DNA from: Schizosaccharomyces osmophilus
Taxonomy: Eukaryota
Assembly (NCBI RefSeq): GCF_027921745.1
Contig: NC_079240.1
Location: forward strand, 620,001 to 684,000
DNA length: 64,000 bases
Direction of reading: 5' to 3'
The stretch's first letter is position 1. Each line of letters begins with the position of its first letter. The notes under the pieces are model-generated. The model saw nothing but the letters and a program-made list of their open reading frames with translations. It was not told where the DNA came from and did not search any database. This document shows positions 32,417 to 42,511 of the stretch, piece by piece. Position numbers and translations under genes: made by a program.

Positions 32417-34993
32417 ATGTCCTCCTCCTCTTCCTCGAATCGTAGGCCTTGTACCCTTCGGCGATCCCAACGTTCTATGAATCTCAATCAGGAAACCTTC
32501 TTCCCTCCTAACACTACTTCCTCCTCCACCAATGCTTCTCCCTTTTACTCTCCTCAATCTCCTTCCGCCGCCTCTTCCTCCACCGCCAAACCCTCTCTCC
32601 ATTCCTCTCCATTTTCCCATCCTTCTCGACCCCCTTTTTCCGTAAAACGCTCCTACCTACCTTCCACCAATACCTCTCCTTTTACCCAAACCGCTGTTCC
32701 TTCTATTTCCAACTCTTCTACCACCCTCGCCTCTACTTCCCCCTCTCCTCCTTTTTCCCTCTCTTCTTCCTACAAGTCTTCCGGAAGCGCCCCAAAACGT
32801 ACCTACTTTTCCACTTCCCTCACAAACGGTACTTCCTCTCCCCCTCCGCCCTCTCACCATTCCTCCCCTGCTAACCTTTCTCCTTCCTCCTCTTCTTTTT
32901 TGTCCTCCTATCGCAGTCCCTACACTCCCGCACAAAAACTTCGGAAAAAGGACCCTTTCTCTTCCCTCAAACACCCTCCCAATACCTTCTCTTCCTCTCA
33001 ACCTTCTTCCTTTTCCCCTTTTGCTACTTCGTCTCCCCAATTCGTTTCTACTTCCACCCCAGGTCCCGCTGCTGCTGTCGCCGCTCCCCCTCCTCCTCGC
33101 TTTCCCTCTCATTCTCACCGCCCTTCCTCTTCCTCCTTCTTCTCTCAATCCTCACACGCTTTTGCTTCTCCTCAAAAGTCTCCTCAACGTTTCCCCGTCC
33201 AACATCCAGTCGCAACTCCTTCAGCAGCTCCGTCTCCTTCCGTCTTTCTACCAACTCCTAAACGTCCAACTCCCCGTTCTTCTTCTTTTCTGTTTGGTAA
33301 ATCCAATCCGGCCCCTTCTCCCTTTTCTTCCATAAAACATAATGATTCTCCCATGCTTCACAATCCCTCTCCCGATCCATCCTCACATGATGATCACTCC
33401 TCCTCCTTTGCTTCCACTTCTACTCTTTTCCCAAACGCAACCCTTCCGATTTCAAATCCCGGCCACAATCTTTTTACCACCCCATTTCAACAGGTCAAAC
33501 CTTCCTCCCAGGCTTTTCTCAGTACTGGTTTGCTTTCCAAACAGAGTAGGCCTCGTAAACCTTTTAATCTTACGACTCCCTTGCCTCCAAGCACTCCTTC
33601 AAAGCCTTCCTCCGTTTTGCGTTCCAACATGAAGCTAGCTGACTCTCCTCCTTCTCCTTCCACACCTTCCAACACGAATTCTTCTTCTTTTGTCTTGCAA
33701 GGCCAAAGCACCCCCACCCATCAAAACTCTTTTTCTTCCGCAAAACTCGGCAAGCCATCTATGGACTTTTTGAGGTTGCAGCCGCCCTCTTCTACCGTCA
33801 AGCAGCCCTCGGGATCTGAATTCCTTGCCCCTTCTACCCCTACTCGTAATCCTTTTGATTTTGAAAACTCGTCGATGTACTTGGACGAGTTTCATTATCC
33901 CTCTCATCAGCATCGCAATAACTCTGAAATTTTTGCTGAAATGGAAGAGGAATCTGCAATCCTGGGAAACCCCGCCAATGTAAATTCGAACTTGTCATTT
34001 CCTTCTGCTCTTACCTCGAAATCCCCCGAGTCACCTGCGGATGATTTACATAATCGCTTTCGAAATATCACCGTCCTTGGGAGGGGTGAGTTTAGCGAGG
34101 TTTTTCAAGTTGAAGATCCTTTGGAACGATCCTTAAAGTATGCTGTAAAGAAATTGAAGGTAAAATATAGTGGACCTAAAGAGAGAAGTCGTTTGTTGCA
34201 CGAGGTTTCTATTCAAAGGGCACTTAAGGGGCATGATCATATTGTTGAGTTAATTGATTCTTGGGAATTTAACGGGTATCTATTTATGCAAGTAGAGTTG
34301 TGCGAGAATGGCAGTCTGGATAGATTTTTAGAAGAGCAAGGTCAGCTTTCTCGCTTAGATGAGTTTCGAGTTTGGAAAATTCTCGTGGAATTGGCTTTAG
34401 GACTGCAGTATATACATAGTAAGAATTACATTCATTTGGATTTGAAACCCGCGAATGTTATGATCACGTTTGAAGGGACTTTAAAAATTGGTGACTTTGG
34501 AATGGCAAGCGTCTGGCCCGTCCCAAGAGGATTGGAGCGAGAGGGAGATTGCGAATATATTGCTCCCGAAATTTTGTCCAACCATTTGTACGACAAGCCT
34601 GCCGACATTTTTAGTCTTGGAATTACTGTGTTCGAGGCGGCAGCTAATATTGTCCTGCCAGATAATGGCCAATCTTGGCAAAAACTTCGTTCAGGCGATC
34701 TTTCTGATGCACCACGGCTTTCTTCCACCGAAGGCTCTAGTAACACTTCCTCTTCTCGTGATTTGCCTATGAACAGTATAATCGGTCAAGGAGGTCTCGA
34801 TCGTGTCGTTCAATGGATGTTGGCGCCCGAACCAAGAAATCGTCCTACAATAGATCAAATATTAGCTACACCAGAGGTCAGTTGGGTAGAGCTCCGAAGG
34901 AAGGCTGGAGCTATTATTTATGAAGGACTTCATGGGTCTTCAGCTTCTCCTCAGGGAGATCAAATGATGGAAGACTGGCAAGTCAACGTATAG
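32417..34993 (+). CDS. wee1: Wee1 CDK-inhibitory kinase, 858 aa
   Basis: ATG 32417 (MSSSSSSNRRPCTLRRSQRSMNLN). Long S/P-rich N-terminus; kinase domain LGRGEFSEVF, IHLDLKPAN, KIGDFG and Wee1-type EGDCEY. Confidence 0.95.
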   Translation: MSSSSSSNRRPCTLRRSQRSMNLNQETFFPPNTTSSSTNASPFYSPQSPSAASSSTAKPSLHSSPFSHPSRPPFSVKRSYLPSTNTSPFTQTAVPSISNSSTTLASTSPSPPFSLSSSYKSSGSAPKRTYFSTSLTNGTSSPPPPSHHSSPANLSPSSSSFLSSYRSPYTPAQKLRKKDPFSSLKHPPNTFSSSQPSSFSPFATSSPQFVSTSTPGPAAAVAAPPPPRFPSHSHRPSSSSFFSQSSHAFASPQKSPQRFPVQHPVATPSAAPSPSVFLPTPKRPTPRSSSFLFGKSNPAPSPFSSIKHNDSPMLHNPSPDPSSHDDHSSSFASTSTLFPNATLPISNPGHNLFTTPFQQVKPSSQAFLSTGLLSKQSRPRKPFNLTTPLPPSTPSKPSSVLRSNMKLADSPPSPSTPSNTNSSSFVLQGQSTPTHQNSFSSAKLGKPSMDFLRLQPPSSTVKQPSGSEFLAPSTPTRNPFDFENSSMYLDEFHYPSHQHRNNSEIFAEMEEESAILGNPANVNSNLSFPSALTSKSPESPADDLHNRFRNITVLGRGEFSEVFQVEDPLERSLKYAVKKLKVKYSGPKERSRLLHEVSIQRALKGHDHIVELIDSWEFNGYLFMQVELCENGSLDRFLEEQGQLSRLDEFRVWKILVELALGLQYIHSKNYIHLDLKPANVMITFEGTLKIGDFGMASVWPVPRGLEREGDCEYIAPEILSNHLYDKPADIFSLGITVFEAAANIVLPDNGQSWQKLRSGDLSDAPRLSSTEGSSNTSSSRDLPMNSIIGQGGLDRVVQWMLAPEPRNRPTIDQILATPEVSWVELRRKAGAIIYEGLHGSSASPQGDQMMEDWQVNV

Positions 34994-36158
34994 TTGCTTG
35001 GTAGGATGAAAAGATTGTTTATGCTTATTTATTATTTCAATGGTTTTATCTTATGTTGGTATTGTATACATATGTATATATACTTTTTTTTTGAAGTTTA
35101 GGGCTAAAAATGTCCCTAACCTAATCTATAAATGTACGTTTATTTTATAACTGTGCTTTTATTTATTTCTTTTTTTTTTCATTCAACATAGAATTTTTTT
35201 TATAATATGGAGGATGGGAGAATTCAACCATAGTTTTTGGTTTATTAATTTTAAGAAACTTACTAAATAATCCATTCTTTGAACGGATTTTTGAAGTAAG
35301 TTTTTAGTACTTTACTACTTAGAAAGGAAACAAAACATTGGCCTTTAATTGGAAATGGATGAATGATCGGTGGTTCTCTTTTATGGTTGTTTTAAAAACT
35401 TTTAATACCTTAGCGCATTCAAACAGTATGAATCTCTTTGCTTTCTTTTTTGGCTCCTTCCCTTTTCTTCTGGAATTTTTCTTTTTTCTCTTTTTGCTGC
35501 ATGGTTTGATAGGACCGCTTGCATACGATAATACTTAATTACGTTCGTTTAAAATTTGCTCAGCTATATATGCTTTTTCCTTGTACTGCTTTATTGATTT
35601 TATGGTTTGACCTTTTATTTCATTTTTCTACTTTCGGATATCCAAAAATGGGTGTTTATGTATTTCGATAATTTTGTTTCTCAACATTTGTTACTACTTT
35701 CAACATCTACGTCCTTCCATTTCCATTTCTAATTTTTTAATTGCTTTTGATGATTTTTGCTTGTCTTATTGGAATGATTTTACCGTTTGAGATCATCTTT
35801 TGACTATATTGTTGCTTTTAATTTATGAGAAGTCAACCATTAACGGTTGAATTTACCAAATTTAAGCTGTATATAATTTAATATTTAGCAATTGCTACAA
35901 ATAGTTTTTCATATAGACTTTACTTACCTTACGAATGCAAAAGTAAAGAAACCATACATACGCATGAAGAATTCTTTCCCTTTTAGTAAATTTCCTTCTT
36001 TTTGGAGAATAGTGAAGGTTGTTGCAACGCACATTAGTAATGTTTCGGAAATGAAGCGTGTATACAGTAACCGAACCTAACAGAGTACTGGAACGAAAGG
36101 TACTTTTGAAGGTCTCTTGGTACAATGCATCTAGTCTAAACCGATCAGAACGAGGATC

Positions 36159-36668
36159 ATGTTTACGCGGAAATTCTTCAGTTCTATTGAGAACAATTCG
36201 AGACATGTGCTTCAAACCGTTAGTTTTCAAAGGAATCGTCCGTTCTGTACTGGTATTTCCCTTCAAGCACCAAATACACAGAATTCCAGCGTGAGGAAAA
36301 ATGCCGGATTCCAAAGACGGAGCGATTCGTTTATCCCACCTTTTTTAGTACCAAACGTTACTGAGGGTCAGGTATACTCTCCAAGTGATTTAAAGTTTGA
36401 AACGGTGGAAGCAAGAAATCAAGGCAATTTCTTCAATCCCAAAAGACACGACTGCTTTAAAGCAGCCAACCGGAGCCCACTAGAATTTTGGAAAAATCCT
36501 GTTGTATTGTCTAATTTCATAACTGAATTGGGCCGTATTAAGCCGAGAGCCGACACGGGTCTGAGTGCAAAGAACCAAAGGCTTGTATCGAGGGCCATTC
36601 GTCGGGCCAGAGCAGTGGGCGTCTTACCTACCAAACACAAATCGGTATATGCAGAACGAGAGAAATAA
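36159..36668 (+). CDS. rsm18: Mitochondrial ribosomal protein S18 (bS18m), 169 aa
   Basis: KNPVVLSNFITELGRIKPRADTGLSAKNQRLVSRAIRRARAVGVLP is the S18 domain; presequence-like N-terminus. Confidence 0.9.
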   Translation: MFTRKFFSSIENNSRHVLQTVSFQRNRPFCTGISLQAPNTQNSSVRKNAGFQRRSDSFIPPFLVPNVTEGQVYSPSDLKFETVEARNQGNFFNPKRHDCFKAANRSPLEFWKNPVVLSNFITELGRIKPRADTGLSAKNQRLVSRAIRRARAVGVLPTKHKSVYAEREK

Positions 36669-37173
36669 TAAAAGGTATGTTCGCTTCGGTGTATGTGCTG
36701 GAAACCCACCACGTTTGTCAAAGAATGGCACGATGTGTGAGAAAACTTACGAAATTGAGAGGGTAGAGTACGATTTCACGTTTTTCAGAGTCGGTGGATG
36801 GTGAACCTGCCCGGTGTTTGTAACAATGCATAAGTGTTCTTTTATAAAGCACCTGGAGTGTTATGAAAAATTTCGCGAAGCCTTTTACATAAAAGGTGTT
36901 CATTTTAATATCTAAAGAGTATGAAAAGTTCTTACTTTGTTCTTAATTGGTTTGTCCTTCGTTCGATGCAGTCTCACACGACATGTAAGAGACGTAAATG
37001 AATCAAGTTATAAATAAAGGGCTATGAAAAAAAAAAAGAGCCAAAAATGATAAATATGGGTAAATAAAAGTAAAGATTTTGTAACAATAGCTTTGTATGG
37101 CGGTTGATTAATCAAACCAGCGGAGAGTATATCAGTTTAGCACGGGATGTAAAGGCGATGAAGAGTTTCGTAG

Positions 37174-38085
37174 TTATGATTTTAGACGAGTGGTTATGGT
37201 TTGATTGGAAGAGGAAGGCTTTAATTTGGAAAATAATTGAGCAGTACGACTGATGGATGAGGACTCCTCTTGAATATTTAACAATGCACATTCAATGGAT
37301 TGCATAGCCTTTTGAATAGCTTCTAAAGGATGTTTTCCCAACGCTATATTTGAGGCAATCGCTGCAGTCATCGAGCAACTAGTTCCATGAACAGCTACAG
37401 AGTGCCGTAAATCGTATGGTTTTTGAAACGCATAGAAATTCTCTCCGTCAAATATCAAGTCTACAGTAAACGAATTGGTTGTCGGCAAGCTAGTGATCTC
37501 AAAGTTGTCGTTGTATGCAACATGATGACCGCTTAAAACGATATAGCTAGGACCTGCTTTATGGATAATCATAATTAGATTCTTTATGTCCTCTAAAGAA
37601 CGAAGGGTAAAAGGACAGTGTCCTAGAGTCCGCTGAACCAAAACATAAGCCTCCATGACATTCGAGGAATACACGAGGACGTGAGGAAAAAGAAATTTTA
37701 TAGTGGCTGATATTGCAGTTCCTTCACACATAACGTGCCCAGAGCTGCTGATAATCACTGAATCCATGACAATGTTTTTTATGTGATGCCGTTGGAGAGT
37801 CTCTGCAATACGGACTACGCTTTTTGAATCAGGAAGCATTCCAATCTTCACCGTATCGCATTCAATGTCACTGAGGCAGGCGTCCAGCTGTCTCTGTATG
37901 AGTATGGGGTGAACGGCGTATATGCCATCAATTCCTTTAGAGTTTTGGGAAGTTAACGCCGTTAAAACTGACATTCCATAAACTCCGTGAGCCTGCATGA
38001 CTTTTAAATCAGCTTGAATCCCAGCACTGCCACTGCAGTCAGATCCAGCAATGGACAAACAAGCAGGAGATTGAAGAGGCTTCAT
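37174..38085 (-). CDS. ThiD-like hydroxymethylpyrimidine/phosphomethylpyrimidine kinase family protein (no TenA domain), 303 aa
   Basis: LSIAGSDCSGSAGIQADLK, LTALTSQNSKGI, VKIGML, HGTSCS. Confidence 0.88.
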   Translation of the reverse strand: MKPLQSPACLSIAGSDCSGSAGIQADLKVMQAHGVYGMSVLTALTSQNSKGIDGIYAVHPILIQRQLDACLSDIECDTVKIGMLPDSKSVVRIAETLQRHHIKNIVMDSVIISSSGHVMCEGTAISATIKFLFPHVLVYSSNVMEAYVLVQRTLGHCPFTLRSLEDIKNLIMIIHKAGPSYIVLSGHHVAYNDNFEITSLPTTNSFTVDLIFDGENFYAFQKPYDLRHSVAVHGTSCSMTAAIASNIALGKHPLEAIQKAMQSIECALLNIQEESSSISRTAQLFSKLKPSSSNQTITTRLKS

Positions 38086-39088
38086 GATAAGGAGACAAAC
38101 ACAGAACTGGGTGTGCCAAACTCAATTCGAAAAAGAATTGATGTAAAAGAAGTACCAATAATGTCAATTTGTGACAAAATCAATTGACAGTATATAAACT
38201 AAGAAGTTATGGAAATACTTTATCGCAAAAGAAAATTCTTGTTCAAGTAAAAAAAAGAAGTTAAATGTTTGCTTTTGATACAAGCCAGACTTGCTTTTTG
38301 CAATTAACCGTTCATCCATCCGTCCTTTGTGCATCTGGATGCAAGTATGCGAGTTGGATTTCCCAAGTCCATTTGTGTTCTCATATTTTGTAGAAAAAGA
38401 AAAAGAGTATTTTCAAATTATAAAATATTTATGTTGTTGTGTTTGGGAAAAATTGAAACAAGCGACAGATGAAACATTGGTAAGGAATGAAAAGCAGACA
38501 GAAGAGAGGAAGAGAGTCGCATCCTTAGAAGAGGAGCGATTTACCATTCCATAAAAATGAAGAGAATCTTCAAATTGATTTGATATGAATCTTTTATTAA
38601 TGAGGCTCTCTTGTTGTTGTTTTATTGCTTTTTTCGCTTATTATTTGTCTCCAAGTGAATGTGGGGTAGGATAGTTCTCATCCCCAGGTGTAAACAAAAG
38701 AAAAAAACATAAAATCGCAAACAATTAACAGAAAGAAAGTATTTTTAGCAGAAATCGATCTAAACCCATGCATTTGAATGAAGGAAAAAGAAAAAGTTAC
38801 AATTTTAGAGTATTGCAATGTTCCTTTGATATCATTTTTGTTTTGATATATAGAGAAATGTTTTTCAACAAATGAAATGCGATGGAAGTTTTCCTTCATG
38901 GCTTCATTCATCTTCGCTCGACAGTTCTCCTTACCTTACTTTTATTTAATTTAATGTTACTCATCATTTTTATGTTTGTATGAAACTAGTCTGTAAAAGC
39001 GTCTTCGCTCTCTTGTCGCTTGTCCTTGTCCTCGCTCTTCTATGATGTATTTCGCTCCATTCCTAGTTTTTTCCCTTCCACTGTTAAA

Positions 39089-40466
39089 ATGAAGTTGGTT
39101 CATAAAAATGTAGAGAAAACAGGCTCCGGAGAAATTACAATGTACCCGGAAGAGCCTGAGGACATGTGGTATGCTTAAATTACCGGCCTGACTGCTGGAT
39201 TTTGGATAATAACACTTTTAGGCACCTGTACAATATCCTCCAAATTGGCGATCAACTGAAGGCTTCTACGATTCGGTAAGTGTATTTTGAAATGCTAGAA
39301 AAATTGACTAATAATAACATTTTTAGTCGTGTTGTCAAAGTCGGAGCCACGGGTACCACTTCTAACTCTAGAGAAAAAATGACCTTGAAAGTTTTAATAG
39401 AAGCTACGGACTTTGATACAAAGGCAGCTGAATTACACATCAAGGGGAAAACGACAGAATATCATCCCCTCGTAAGGTTGGGTTCATATCACACACTGGA
39501 TTTGGAGTTGCACAGAAATTTTACCCTTTACAAGAATGAATGGGACTCATTCGCTTTAGATCGGGTAGACGCTGCTTGCAATCCATCTAGAAATGCTGAG
39601 ATTGGAGCAGTGGTTCTTGAGGAAGGTATGTTCATTTGTCCCTAAATTTGTTATTGTCCTTTATTTATTTGAGAGTATTAACACCTACTTGTAGGTATCG
39701 CAAATGTTTGTTTAATTACCGACTATATGACCATAATGCGTCAAAGAATTAACCAAACAATTCCCAGAAAGCGTAGAGGTGATAGCAGCGCTTATCAAAA
39801 GGTATGTCCAAAAAGTTGGAGAGTCTTAGGCATTTTTTCTAAACGCTTCAGGGTTTAAACAAGTTTTACGATACTGTTTTTCAAGCAATCTCTACAGAGC
39901 TTGATTTTGAAAAACTCAAAGTCATTATCCTAGCTTCTCCTGGCTTCGTCGCCAAAGGCCTATTTGACTATATTATGGGAATGGCTGTAAAATTGGACCT
40001 AAAACACGTTTTCAAAGCAAAACAAAAATTTTTGATTCTTCATTCTAGTACTGGCCATATCCATTCTCTTAATGAAGTTCTCAAAAATTCAATTGTTGAA
40101 TCCAGCCTGGCTGATACAAAATACATTCAGGAAATCCGTATTTTAAATAAGTTTTACCAAGTTATGAATGATGACGATAGACGTGCCTGGTACGGTCCCA
40201 AGCATGTCGAAAAGGCTTTTGAAATTGGTGCTGTTGGTGAACTACTAATCAGTGATTCTCTATTTAGAAGCTCTGATATAGCAACTAGAAAAAAATGGGT
40301 TGGCCTTGTTGATGCGTTAAGAGAAACCAAGAGCACCGTTTACATTTTTAGCAGCCTTCATGAATCCGGGAAACAACTGGATTTACTGTCTGGAATAGCT
40401 GCTATCTTGACATATCCTGTGGAAGAAGAAGATATAGAGGAAGAAGAAGAAGAGGAAGAAAGCTAA
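39089..40466 (+). CDS. dom34: Dom34/Pelota ribosome rescue factor, ~384 aa; exons 39089-39168, 39222-39275, 39327-39625, 39695-39801, 39852-40466
   Basis: PEEPEDMW/HLYNIL, GSYHTLDLE, IPRKR, LASPGF, AWYG, LLISDSLFRS, ESGKQLDLLSGIAAIL. Four GT..AG introns keep the frame. Confidence 0.94.
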
Positions 40467-40722
40467 CGCAAGAACAATCGCCAAAACTCATATCTCTTAT
40501 TTTAATGAAGTTCAATGCAAATGAGGTTTTAGTCGAGAATCAATTTTTTTGAAGTTAATTCGGTTGCAATAAAAAATGTAATTTTTCGTATCTAATAATC
40601 TCATTTTTACAAAAAAAGTATGCCCATCCAGTAAGTAAGTGAATCAATACACTTCAACTTGTCAGTCATAGCATTGTCTAACTTTAACGGAATACACGAT
40701 TACCCTCTCCGTCGATACAACT

Positions 40723-42324
40723 TTATAAGGTAGCCTTCTTTTCGTTCAAATTCTTAAGTAACTGTTCAGCCGTGCCTTTTTCCTTAACACGAATCAAATA
40801 AGTTACCAAACCTTTTCCGTCATCAGAAGCCGCTGGAACAGTCAAGGCTTTGTCTCCAGCCAACTTATACTCAAAGTCTTTACATAAACGAACATTCAAA
40901 AGAAGTTTACCATTTCCATCGACGCGTGCAAGAAGTCTGGCAGCATTAGAAGTCCTATCAACATTTAATTTAAGGGGGCCGAGACCAATGTCTGTATAAG
41001 ACTTTGAAGTAGAATTAAAGCGATAAAGTTTGGCCCTTGTTTCAAAAATACTGTCTTCATTCTCTTCTCCTTGACCTTTACTAACAACTAAAGAATTGTC
41101 CTGCTTTTCTTCATCTTTTTTATCCTCTTCTTTACCCTCCTCCGCGGTCTCTGGTTGTTCTACTCCTTCATTTTTTTCGTCAGTCGTTCCTTCATTATTT
41201 ACACTAGCGGGAGGTTTGGCTGCAAAAGAGAATGGGTTAGGATTGGTACCGAAAGAGAAGCCAATCGATGCGGCATTGGGAGGATTTACTTCGGGAGTCG
41301 GAGCTGGTTTTTTAGCTGACAAAGGGTTTGTGAAAGTAAACTTCTTTTCAGGAGCTTCAAATTTGATGGGCTTGCTGGGATCCCATGAAAAATTTAACCC
41401 CTTCTTCTGAGTATCATTTTCCTCTTTGTTCTCACTGCTTAAATCAGTGCTAGGCTTCTTTTCTCCTTGCTCTTGTGAAGTCTTTTGGAAGGAAAAGGTT
41501 GGTGTGAAAGAGGATTTCTGTCCAAAAGAGAAGGGGGTCTTAGCCTGAGTTTCAGATCCAAAAGCTGACTTTTTCTCTTCATTTGGTTTGGTGATTTCCT
41601 TATTGAAGGCAGCCAAAGGACCTGTTGGAGTAAGTGAAGATGGGTTGAACTGAAAAGATTTGCTAAGATCAGGTGCAGAAAATCCAAAACGTGGAGCACC
41701 TGGGACAGGCAAAGTAGATTCAGATGGTTTTGTAGAAGTATTTTCAGTAGCAACTTCGTTATCGTTAGAACTCTTGCTAAAATCCATCTGCGAAGATTTT
41801 ACAGACTCTGCCTCTGAAGTGGGCATGGATTCATTCTGTGCCTTGTTTAAATCCACAGATGATACAGAGCTCTCGATAGAGCCAAGATGTTTTTTGTACT
41901 CTTCCATTAAAATTGAAAGGTTCCCAAATGGATCATTTTCTAAACTTTTTTGTACACTATCCAAAAATGCCTTGTTCAAACCTCGTTTCTTCAGTAATGT
42001 TTCATATTTATTAGTTGAAGAAACCACATTTGCTTGCTTGTCAAATGCAAAGGGAGAGGCTACAGGTTTACCAGATTCTGGTTTTGCCAGTCCTGAAAAA
42101 AGCCCTCCCTGTTGAGACATTCCAGCAGTACGCTTCCTTGTTTTGGGCTTAGCAATTCTAAAACTGTTAGCTTCGAAATCACTTCATTGTCATAAATTTC
42201 CATACTTTCTAGCGGCAATGACATCGGCTGATGCTTCGGTTGCTAATTCAACAGAACCACTACGATCATCATCGGATTCATCTTGATCCTTTGTAAGTTG
42301 ATGATCAGCACCGCGTTTCGACAT
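40723..42324 (-). CDS. nup61: Nucleoporin Nup61 (Nup2/Nup50 family), ~517 aa; exons 42324-42206, 42157-40723
   Basis: N-terminal MSKRGADHQLTKD...ARK/IAKPKTR importin-alpha-binding-like segment, FSFG/FxF repeats, C-terminal RanBD (GEENEDSIFETRAKLY). Confidence 0.9.
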
Positions 42325-42511
42325 TTTTTGCGATTTGGCAAAGGTCAAACTCCCGTTTGGTGAACATACACTTTTAACGGATAAGATGAAGTCTCACTAT
42401 TTTGAATGAATTATTACAAATTAAAGAAGATATCAAAAAAGAATCAATTAAATGAAAATGAAACTATCTAAATTACAAAATTATTATTTACTTCGTAGGC
42501 AAACCGGATAA

